DNA of 59,283 bases from Dicyema japonicum. Lineage: Eukaryota; Animalia; Dicyemida. Below are positions 27,281 through 37,979 of the stretch, in pieces (position 1 is the stretch's first letter; every line of letters starts with the position of its first letter). The stretch spans positions 1-59,283 of the forward strand of contig RDEW01000054.1 in assembly GCA_011109175.1 (NCBI GenBank). Direction: 5' to 3'. The translations under genes were made by a program, and so were the position numbers. The notes beneath the pieces were generated by a model. The model ran no database searches and had not been told where the DNA came from. It worked only from the letters and a program-made list of their open reading frames with translations.

Positions 27281-27940
27281 ATTATTCCTTTCTCAACCTT
27301 TTCAACGACCTCTGGAAAGTCGGACTGGATGAGCGGGCGCATAGCTTTTGTTCCCAATGATCGAATTGGGTACTACTAATTATTTCTGTGGACATCGAAC
27401 AGAACCCCGGACTCCACGAAAATAGGAAATTCCTCAATATCATTCAATTCAACATAAATGGCCTTTCACACAAATCAACTGAACTTTTTGTATTTCAAAC
27501 TTCTCACAAAATTAATATTGCCATGCTACAAGAAACGAAACAATCCAGAAAGTCATTGCTTCCACACTACAGAGACTACTATATTTTCCGCCGTGGTCGA
27601 CCGGATTCAAACAAGGAGAAGGTGTTCTCACAAATCTATTCCATCCTCTGATACTTCCTCTCAGATACAAGCTCTGTTTGAAGATGATGATCACATCGAA
27701 CTAACTTCCGTCTTGGAGAAAATAAACCAAACTAGGTACATATTTGTGAATCTTCACATCCACCACCAAGTCCCAGTATAAAACATTACTTCTCAAAACT
27801 AACTGAATTGCAAAAGATTAAAAATGTAATAATCTGCGGAGACCTAAATGCAAAAAATCCGCTTTGGTTATTCGGGCAAAAGAGTAATGAGAGGGGTTTT
27901 CAGGTCCTCTCTCAACTAGATTTTTTGACTTTATTAGTCG
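27207..27940 (+). mobile_element. Ingi/Vingi-like LINE 5' part (ribozyme, 2A-like motif, APE)
   Basis: DIEQNPGL at 27391-27414, then IIQFNINGL, AMLQET and IICGDLNAK. Confidence 0.8.
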
Positions 27941-28179
27941 GAAATTTTGACCTTTTTTGACTTTATGATAAATTTATCTACAAAAAATTTTTTAATGTAA
28001 AAATACTCCGAGGGAACTCGTTCGTAATCCACGCAGCAGGCTTCTTCAACTGACATTTGTTTAATTGTTAAAAAAATATATATAAAAAACTAATCAAAAT
28101 ATTTATTAAAATACAAAATATAATTCGAAACGTTTTCGGGTTTAAAATTCTGGTTTTTATATTAGTAATTTTCCTAATA

Positions 28180-29130
28180 AAGAACAACTCTCAACAGAAT
28201 AATGATGTGGAAGGACACTTTTTAAAAAAGTTGTATACATATGGAGAAATATGTTGTTTTTCCATTTTTGAAATAGAAAGCACTTGATTTACAGATAATC
28301 TTGATTCTAGATACTTCCTGATTCCACATAAATCGTCCCTGAAATGCAATTTCTTAATGTCTTCAACAGCGTTTTCTATAGTGAAATAGGTTTCTTCTGC
28401 CTTCCTTATAGTTTCACATATTTCGTCATTTTGGCATAATATTGATGATAAATTTGTTTTGACAAACCGCTTGCAAACATCTTTTGACTAAAATCCCTTT
28501 TCCATCGAAACTTTCAATTATTTTATTTATTTCTGTGTAATCTTTGCAATAATAGCGGGCTGCTTCCATCCAACTCTCCCATCTTTTAGAATAACTTCAG
28601 GTGGATACCCAATTTTAGCAAATTTTTCTCTTCGTGTCTTGTTTTTGACAGTCGCGGCCTTTACCGATGAAATTAAAAAAATCAACATTCTTAAAATATC
28701 CTCTTATTTTAAGGCAACAGTTATGAAGATGAAGATTACATGATGCAAATTCGTGTATAAAACCTTCAATACCTGTGCGGCAGCTGCATCAGATACCAGT
28801 AATACAAAATTATCGCGATCTATCGCAAAATCCCTTAGCACATCGTCAATTATCTGACAGACAGTCGACGAGTTAGCTGAAAAAAACAATGGTGGACAAG
28901 ATATTAAAAATATTTTCTCTGGATCAGAAATTCTACCAATAAGTGTGTTGACATATTCTGTCCCGGATATCAGTTTCATCAATCGAAACAAAAATTTTTC
29001 AGATCTATAATAAATGCAAATAAAACCTCAAAATAGATTAATTCTGTCAAGCTGCTCCTGTCAAAAATTATTTACACATTTTTCGGCAAGCGTAAGCAAG
29101 AAGAAGATTATGTCCAATACTCTCAAACAA
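28180..29130 (-). mobile_element. hAT-like (CGGBP1-related) transposase remnant
   Basis: NSSTVCQIIDDVL...FVLLVSDAA...LKVLYTNLHHV resembles the hAT/CGGBP DDE core. Ends not found. Confidence 0.55.
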
Positions 29131-29239
29131 GTCTCGTAAGCTTTTACTGTTTAGCTTATGCAAAGAAATATCGGATTCGACTTAAACCTTAGTGACTTTA
29201 TCGACCCATGTGTCGTCAGATGGGACGAGAAATCAGTTG

Positions 29240-30736
29240 ATCTTAATGCAAAAGTTAGAAATCGAATCACTATAAAAGAAGTATTCATTGGAAGACATGG
29301 AAGGGGAAAAAGGAACATTGCAGGAACCTTGCTAGCTAGCTTTTGTCGAGCAAATAACATATTCCTTTGTAACACGGCCTATATGCACTCAGCAAGACAA
29401 GGAGCCACTTTGCCACTTGGAGAAGGACTATTGATAGCAGTACAGAAGCCAAACTAAAAATTGGGGAAAGTTGAGAACCTAAGACCAGTGATCTTAACCA
29501 ACAAATTACGGAAGATACTAGCCAATATTACGCATCAAAAAATTGAGGGACGCCTAGACTCGTACCTGTCGGCTTATCAAAGTGGCTTCCGCAAAGGGAG
29601 AGCAACGTCAGATGTTATATGGAGCCACAAATGGAGATATGCGACTGTTCAAAAATTTTAAATAACGACAACCATTCTGGGGATTGACATGTCAAAGGCC
29701 TTTGATTCCATCAACAGGAACAAGCTGCTGCAAATAATGGAGCACTTCTTGAAGGGCTTAACGATCAGGAAGGTCAGACACTTTTGACAAACACGAGTTT
29801 GATTGTCAGAACTGGGAAAGCTTTATTGAGGAAATTTGAAACGACAATTGGTACCCTTCAAGGAGATTCATTATCCCGATTTTGTTTATCATTTTCTTAG
29901 AGGCAGCTCTACGAGACTTGAAGCCTCATATCGGAGAAGGAACGAGCATAATAGCATATGCGGATGACGTGGACTTTATTTCGAATAACAAAGAAGAGTT
30001 AATTGCACTTTTGGAGAAAATGCCTGATAAAATGGCTGAATGGTCATTAAAAGTAAATACAAACAAAACCGAAATCACGGAGCTAAAAAGAAGTGAGGAA
30101 AGGACCGAGGAGCACTGGCGTAGATCAAAAAAACTAGGATCCCTTCTCGGTGACACCGAAGATATAACACGAAGGAAGACACTAACTAATGTCGCTTTCA
30201 ACAAAATGAAGAAAACCTGGCTTCTGCACAAAGGGTTTGACCCTAAAACTCGAATGAGACTATACAATGCCCTAGTGAGGCCAATCCTATTATATAATGC
30301 CGGTACATGGGCATGTACAGAGCAGGAACTCGAAAAGTTGAATTCTTTTCACAGAAATCATCTCCGAGCACTCCTTTCTTTCCGAAGCTTTTTCAAAATG
30401 CCGTCCGAAATCTTATACAAGAGAACAGGAACTGAGCCAATATCATGTGATTTTACTGATTCAAGATGGAGGCTGTTTGGACAAATACTTCGCCACAATA
30501 TAGGGACCTCTGCCAACACAGCAATGGAGGAGTATTTTATCTTAGAGGCTTCGCGTTTCCACGTCCGGCCAAGGACAACACTGCCAGTATCCCTAGATGA
30601 AGATCTCAGAAGGATTGGAAAGTGTTTTAAAGACGGGGATGATCTAGATATGCTACGGAACATGGCAACGGATCGAAAAAGATGGGGGATATTAATTAGA
30701 TTGTTAACTTTTCGTGTTGCACATGCTTTGTCATGA
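29240..30736 (+). mobile_element. RTE-type LINE, internally deleted (APE stub fused to RT)
   Basis: The APE piece is nearly identical to 16940-17085. It is followed by LRPVILTN, QSGFRKGR, GIDMSKAFDS, QGDSLS, AYADDVD and SRWRLFG. Confidence 0.9.
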
Positions 30737-31208
30737 TCTTGGCATTGCGTACCTTCCTTGCCTTCCTTCAGGAGGTTGGACTCTTCCCGAAAGAAATGCC
30801 TTAAAAGACATTTGATGACTTTTCTCCATCAGCGGGAGAATAAAACATGAGTGTGCGATAAAAGCGGGGGTCGAATTTATAGTTTTGTCAGAAACGGTAT
30901 AATAAGAGAGTACTTATAATAAGAGAGTATTCTTTGAAATAGGTTATTCAACACTAGATCTTAATGCTTTTGCCTATGTGCACCTCAAAAGTAATCACAG
31001 GTTTATCAAAATTCGTTTATAAATTTGCAGACGAAATTTTGTAGACCCGAGGACAGGTGCACATACGCAGACTGTTGAGAGGTTCAGATAAAAATTAAAT
31101 AGGAAAATTTAAAATGTGAGGAAGCGCAAAATGCCGCAAGAAAAGACAAAGAGGAACCGAGCGTCATTTCATGGGTTCACATTTTGCAGGTATTAAATAC
31201 TCGAGTTA

Positions 31209-31758
31209 CACTCAATCCATAAATGATGACCCAATTCCCATAAATGTTGACCCAATTCCCATAAATGATGTCCAAGTTATATATATAAATAATACACAAG
31301 TAAATCTATATTTTAAAATTTTAATTTTTTAGATTTGTTATCAACTAATACAGATATGAGAAGTCGCAAGGTTTTTATGAACGAAAGTCTATTTATCACT
31401 TCGATCAGTAAAAAGAGTTTGAATAGGTGTATACAAAAGTGTTACAACATTTTATTTACCCCCTTATTCAACTGACTTGAACCCAATTGAAAACTTTTTT
31501 TATTGTGTGAAATCTCGCCTAAATGTAATTAGACCAAGAGTAACTGTAAGAGGAGAATTGCTAACAACTATCGGATTTCGTATGAGTGGTCTCGAAACCG
31601 AGAATTTGTCCTCATATTACAGTTTTTGGGAAAGGGTAAATGGAATTAATAACAGATTAATTGAATAAAATACTTTTTTCCTAAATTATTTATTAGTATA
31701 ATATATATAACTTGGACATCATTTATGGGAATTGGGTCAACATTTATGGGATTCAGTG
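31209..31758 (+). mobile_element. Internally deleted Tc1/IS630-type DNA transposon
   Basis: TA at both ends. TIRs CACT(C/G)AATCC.. are built of ATAAATG(A/T)TGACCCAATTCCC subrepeats. Internal FTPYSTDLNPIENFF. Confidence 0.85.
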
Positions 31759-32942
31759 TATTATGTAGAATCACGCTGCGTTGCGTAGAAACAATGACTT
31801 ATTTTTGTAATAATGATTTTTTTCCGCTAAGGGAATGATTATAAGCATCTATATGAAGCGCATAACGGTTTCTTCTTAGGTAGAGGGGTCGTTAATAGCT
31901 CACCATTGACTTTGTCGGTGTCGTATTAACACCACTAAGTCGTAAAGATTTAGCAATTTATTTTAAAAATTTTATAATAATATTACAAATTCGGCATTGT
32001 TCAATTTTTTTATTTTCATTAATTCATTTAGAGCCTTTCGTGAAGCATGTATTGCAAAAGTACCTAATTATTTTATAAATTATTATATATTTATTTATAT
32101 TTGGCTAACCTTGTTAAATTAAGTTTAATTTTAAATATTTTAATAAATTCAGCATTTAATCTTTTTGTCGATATTTATCCATACAAAAATCACAGGAAGT
32201 TGTAGTGATAAAGAAATGAACCATCTTAAAGACCTGTAGTAGTTATATTAATCATATCACAGAGACGTTATTCCATTACGCCAGTTCCTTCATGTATCCC
32301 ATTGAGGAAATGAATTGATACCCATTTTCTAAGCATTATTGAGAAAATTACGGTCGTTTACAGGATCCATCCACTTCTGTGCAATTTCTATGGCGTCTTA
32401 GTTGAGTCCACGTCCACTCTTTTCCTTTTGATTTAGCTCCCGTCGTTCCTTCTGCAGAGAACTCTGTAACATCGACGCCTGGTGAGAAATCCATCAGGAT
32501 TCTAGAAATATAAGCTAGTCACAACTTTATTATCTGAATTATAGATAGATTGCTTTGGGAAGTCTTCGAAAAGTACTGAGGAATTGGACGCTGTTGACTT
32601 GCTCAATCTCGACTTCATCGTCTAATCTAATATACATAGGGTACCTTGTGAAAAATTGTCGTAGGCATTCTGATCGAGGTCTATTAGCGCTGTAAGAAGT
32701 TTCCTCATTTTATAAAGAATTCCCGGTCCTGTGGTGTATTCCCTTCATCATAAGCGAGATCTTCTCAACGTTCTTTATTTCAACGACTCTAACTTTCACG
32801 CTTTGCTCGATCTTTCACAGCGTCTCTCACACTTCCTCTTTAATCTAAGTCTTAATTGTAGATACATTGAAATATGCAAATTTATCAATTTCCTCATTTA
32901 CTTTCGATATTATCGATAATCCTTTTAACTATTGAAACTCAT

Positions 32943-33255
32943 CCCGTGGCGCCATGTGGTGCTGCGTGGTTAATTGGTATAAGTTTTCTGCTTGCTTGTC
33001 TGTTCCTCCTCTCTCTTCCTATTAGAGTGGCGTCATGTGATCCACCTGTCTAGGTGCCGCCCAGTGCCCGGCCGGCATGAAAAAGGATCATTTGCTCTCC
33101 CCCACTCCACTGGAGGGGTTTTCACAACTGCATGTAATGGACGTCTTACCCTTTATGCTGATTCCGGATGGACTCTGTTTCTGTAGAAGTGGAAACTGTA
33201 TACACTTAATTAGTTGTTTACTTTAACTTCTTTCTCGGTGTGTCCGGGGTTATAA
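32943..33255 (+). mobile_element. Non-autonomous family A, copy 1
   Basis: Three copies in the window (also 20680-20990 and 49500-49739). Structured core at 33029-33090. Confidence 0.85.
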
Positions 33256-33399
33256 ATTAAATTCTCGCCACTAAGAAATTCATACGTAGCCACCAAAACG
33301 ACCGCTATTTTATTCTAAATAATTTATTCTATTTAATAATTATCTAATATATTATTACACTACAAAAGGATATACAAATTAAAAATAACAAACTTGATA

Positions 33400-34145
33400 T
33401 TTTCGCTGCAAGAGAGGTAAATCTCCTTCCATGGCTGTAGCAACTGTTCAGACACACCTAAACCGAATTTGTGACTGCCTTCTGCAAATATGTTATGTGT
33501 ATCAGCATCCAAGTCTCAATTCACATTATTCACTACGGACAGATGGTTCAAAGGTGGGCTTGAAATATCCATTGGAAACATCCCCATCCCTTCCAAGCGG
33601 ACCCAGAAGATCCTTTATGTAGTTTGCGACTCTCTGTTGACTTTCTCGAGTCACGTGGAAGAGGTGCTTGCCAAGGGTCTTCGGAAATGGAACATTCTGA
33701 ATGCGATGATAAAGAAGAGTCCTTCCCCCCCTTCCCGGCTGCTTGCGTCAGCAAGGTCTATCAACAAGTCATCGTATCTAACATTGAATATGCCTGCTCC
33801 GCCTGGAGGTTTGCGATTCCCTCTTCGAGAGTGGACTGTTTAAACTCTCTCAAGCGGAGAATTATGCACCACACGGACATCCCCATTGGCGACTTCGTTT
33901 CTGATGAGGCGACATTGAAAAATGACAGGGTTTCCTACGTTTCTGCAAGGAACTGGGAAACCCACTCAAGGAAAACGTGGCCCATGAAGAGGAATTTCGG
34001 TCGGTAATAAAAAAAGTGAATGCCGATTGAATTCCTTTGCAGAAGGAAAGAGAAGACGCTTCCGGAGTGCGGTTGGATCATCAGAAGACCAAATGAAGAG
34101 AATTCGGATGTTGTTGAAGGCTAGGATCACCTAATTAGTTAGTTT
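33400..34145 (+). mobile_element. I-group LINE RT thumb and 3' end fragment
   Basis: SKSQFTLF, LLTFSSHV and IEYACSAW. Ends in ggatcacctaattagttag, which resembles the Ingi-like 3' end. Confidence 0.7.
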
Positions 34146-34212
34146 TGGCTTATCTTTCTTGGTGGTCTTAAGGGTTAAATAAATAAAATAAATATTTTCG
34201 TACACAATAAAT

Positions 34213-34352
34213 GGGTGGCATAGTGGTTAGATGTCGGACTAAAGTGACTTAGGTTACGGGTTCGATTCTCGCTGCTGTTCACCTGGTGGAAGGTTCCACG
34301 CATCTACGATGCTAAAAGGGTTTTGACGAATGTCGCCGTCATCAGTGGATAC
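34213..34352 (+). mobile_element. tRNA-derived SINE-like element
   Basis: A-box TGGCATAGTGG with a D-stem and B-box GGTTCGATTC, but no acceptor or anticodon stem. A second copy lies at 38360-38500 on the minus strand. Confidence 0.6.
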
Positions 34353-35519
34353 TTAAATATTTAAAATTAATTCAAATTTTATTATTTAAATAAAAATGTC
34401 GTTCAATATTGGTCTTCATTGTAAGCAAGTTCCTTGATCTCGTCGTCTCTGCCTGTGATGTTTATAGACTTATGTGTGGTACAGAGTAAGCAAGGTGGAC
34501 AAAATCTGAAATCCATAATTTCGGCAATCTGAAAGTAGTGACGTCACCAGTTACCAAAATCGAAATAGCCGACAGTTGACCCATATTCAAGATTCGACTT
34601 TTCTTTGTGTTCCTTTCTGTAATAGCAACCAAAGGGATGCTCTCACTTTAAAGGAAAAGGTCAGGTCTTCTTTCAGCGACAGATGTTGCACTTCCTATAT
34701 ATTTTCCTTTAAATGCTTAAAGTTACTTCTTTAGGGTTGAGATCTTGCGTAACTCATCAGATCTCCGTTCGACTAGTCCATATCTGAACCCCTGACTTTG
34801 TGGAAGAGAATCGGCTTTGAATTGTGGGATAATGTTTCCTGAAAGTCTTCCTTTAACGAGCTGAAGAAAGCCAGCACCTCATTACTTGTCTTTGGACGAC
34901 ATGCACTGAGAACAGCGGATGCTGACTCAGCCCACTACCGAGCGTGGGGACATTGGTGGAAACGTGTCCCCATAGGTTTTGGTTTTCGTTTCGTGTTCTC
35001 CGTAACAACAGATACACTTAATGAAATCTGGGAGAGTCCGCTTTTGTAGTTAGTTTTCTGTTATTCACTGATTTCGTTCACTTGAAAGGACGGGGGTAAA
35101 TGAATAATAAAAAAGAGGTGGGAACGAGGGGTTCAGATAAGGTGATACTTACAAAAGATGCTTAACACGAATTAATATGAGATATCGGGGATAAGGTCAT
35201 GAATTGCAGAGCTAACTGTTTTTTTTGAAAAGTCGTGATTCTCGGAGACCAAATATCACTGTCAAAAATTTCCTTGTGATGGTATTAAGGGGAACATGTA
35301 AGACAGAGTTAGGGGAAATGATCATAAAACATTGCGTAGAGCGGATAATGTTTCGAATTTGATACGAAAACTAATAAAAATAATATTTTTTTGCTAAAAG
35401 TTAAATCAGGGTCATCGTTTTTTTCCTACGTTAATAGCAGAAATGGAGGAGCAAAAAAGAAAAGGCTGATTGAGCGCATTTCCATACGAGGGAATCACAA
35501 AAGCTTTTTATTAAAAATT

Positions 35520-35878
35520 AAATAAAATTGAACATTTGATGATTATTGGGAACGAAGTGGTGACCCCAGAACTCTTCAAACAAGACGATACTCGTATAAT
35601 AATGATGGGTAATTGTCAATGTAATGAGTGCATGCAACCTTAGGAAGTATGATGTGGCCATCGGTGATTCCAGCTTTTACTAGTATCGCCCCTTTCCATT
35701 CAACACGCTTTAGATATACGTGGAATTTTCCGAGCTATGAAGCGACACGCAATCTTCCAACAGGAACTACGAGATAGTTGTCTAGTCACAAAGCTTGTGT
35801 ATTACTTAGCGACTTTTATTAAACATCAGGAATTTCAAATAGGTTTCAGAAAAGTGGCAAACGAGAACCAAAATTAAT
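35520..35878 (+). CDS. Possible host gene exon(s), weak Mediator MED1-like motif
   Basis: Open frame LLVSPLSIQHALDIRGIFRAMKRHAIFQQELRDSCLV. Resemblance judged by eye only; exon structure unresolved. Confidence 0.25.
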
Positions 35879-35959
35879 GACTGAAACTTAATAAACATTC
35901 TTGTTTAAACACTAAAATAACATTTAAAAATTAAATAAATTAAAAATAAATAGCGGGCA

Positions 35960-36648
35960 ATGTCTTGTTTGTATTGTGATACATTTGGTAATGATCCAAA
36001 ATGTACTCATGACCAGTCAGAAGTTCTCATAAGAATAAAAAACGACTGGGAACTTCGTGAGGCAGTCCGAATAACCAAAAAATTGTACTTTTCCCAATAA
36101 ACATAGAACTCTCAAAAAAGCCCTGGATAGATACTACGGCAATGATCCCCTCGCAATCTGGCTTAGGTTATCGATATACTTATTATTAGTTACTTGGAAG
36201 AAGTTAAGGGTTTCCTCACTCCAAATGAAATCTTCGATGAGTTGAGAGATTGCATAACAGACTTCATGCGCTATTCTGAGTGGTTGAGGGACACTAGATT
36301 TATCGATTTGTGCATTTCCTACGTTTCTTGTTATTTCTATTTCAGGCCACCAGAGAGAGACACTTGTTTGTACTCAACAGACTCGGTGTAGGCACGGACA
36401 GCGGTAAGTTTTATATTTGTTGGGCCCGATTGTGCGAGGCTGAGAAAAAGACTGAAATGGCGGAGATTGTTTTCAGACAGGGCTTGAATTCCATGGATCG
36501 GCCAATAAAGGAATTAAAGGACGAATTTAACGAGTTTCTGGCTAGAAAAAGGGCTCAGAATGTGCACACCAAAACCGCAAAGCTACAATTTGACCTGAAG
36601 TTGACCAAGAAATTCAACACCGATTGTTTTGAAGAATTAATTACATAA
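35960..36648 (+). CDS. BUB1: MAD3/BUB1-family spindle checkpoint protein (Mad3_BUB1_I/TPR domain), 4 exons, 206 aa
   Basis: Exons 35960-36084, 36107-36166, 36190-36322 and 36346-36648 join in frame via 22/23/23-nt GT-AG introns. They give YYGNDPLAIWLSYL...D.RFIDLCISY...LGVGTDSGKFYICWARL.E...A..VFRQGL. BUB1 versus BUBR1/MAD3 is not resolved. Confidence 0.85.
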
Positions 36649-36696
36649 TGAACTTCAAATCTTCTGTCCCCCATAGTATAGGGCGCTTAAAGTCTG

Positions 36697-37780
36697 TTAA
36701 AATTCAGAAAAACTGTTTTGACGTCTTATTTTTGCGTGATAATACCTCAATTGAAGAGAACGCATCAATTCATCACATTGATCATAATTTTGATTATATT
36801 TTCGCAGTTTTCGTTTAAAGTTGAATTTCAGGTTACCAAAGGAATGCGTCCGGCGACGTGGTGGCCTTTCAAAAACGGGGAATACCGGTTTGTGAAAACT
36901 ATCATGTGTGATCCCCTTTTTTTCAAAGTGGAGTCTGCTAATGGTCACGTGGGTTCTGCTGTGGTGAGCTGTTGGTTGTATTGGCAGATTTTTTTTGAAA
37001 AGAGTTTGTTGAAGCAGTTCAGAATCACAGAGAATAAAGGCTGAGTTGGGGGAGAATAACTTGTTTCAGAGCTTCCACAGTGTCTTCGCCTTGAAGAACG
37101 CTTATTTTCTGGTGGGGGATGACGTGAACTATTGGGGAAGACTGTCGGTTTTGTTTGTCTTCATTCCAGGACTTGGTGGTTAGACTGCAACTGGTTAATG
37201 AGCCCGCCATAAGCGTGTTTCTGGCTTCCCATCTGATCAGACTGGTAGTGACATTGCATTCAGTTGGGGTTGTTCACGGAAATATCCACGTGGGATGTTT
37301 TTTTATCTCTACCCTGTTAGGCTGATGTCTTATTAAAGGCCAGTGTCTGTTGACGGTTTCAACTTTGACTCCCAAATACTGAAACTGTGTGACTTTAGAG
37401 GAACTGTGGACGACGGACATGGGGATTTTAAGGTAGACGGGTTGTCTTATTATGGTGGACTACCGAGGAGTGATGACTGTGATTAGGTCTCTGTTCGGAG
37501 CTGGGGATGGAAGATTTAGAGAGTTGTTGCTATTTGGTAGTTTAGTGTTGGCTTGAATCTTGGGTGGATAGATGATATTTTTGAGGAAATGGAATGTGGG
37601 GTTCCAGATGTGGTTGAGAAGACCTTGAATGTGTGGGAACGCAGTTTTATGGTTTTATTCAGTGAAAAGTACCGTTGTTCCCTCTTGTCTGAGATTGGGA
37701 AGATTGTAATGACTATTAATAATTAATTTTGTTGTTGTATTTGAGGTCATTGTTGTGAGGTTAATGATTAAGCAAGGATT
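36697..37780 (-). CDS. Probable host gene, low-complexity S/Q/H/P-rich, convergent with BUB1
   Basis: A long open frame ends at 36697 and extends upstream through a 20-nt GT-AG intron (gttattctcccccaactcag). The 5' exons are unresolved. Confidence 0.3.
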
Positions 37781-37979
37781 AAATAGGTGCTGAATGTAAA
37801 ATAAGGAAACATTTGTAATAATCCTATTTTATTTATGAATTGAATGTGGGTAGAGAAGAGAGGGAATAAGGACTGGCTGGAAGTTAACTTTTCTAAGAGG
37901 AGAATGGCTAACAGTTAGGATATTTGAATCTAGTTAATAATACTGCACTTTACGAAGGGACATATCATTATCTATCGTG

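Noticed and set aside
33070-33079. GGCCGGCATG, identical to the start of the HDV genomic ribozyme
   Set aside because: There is no downstream GCCGGCY partner. The motif falls in the P4 region of a different fold and is altered in copy 3.
34213-34285. Functional tRNA gene
   Set aside because: Acceptor and anticodon stems do not pair, and the downstream sequence is shared with a second dispersed copy, so SINE fits better.
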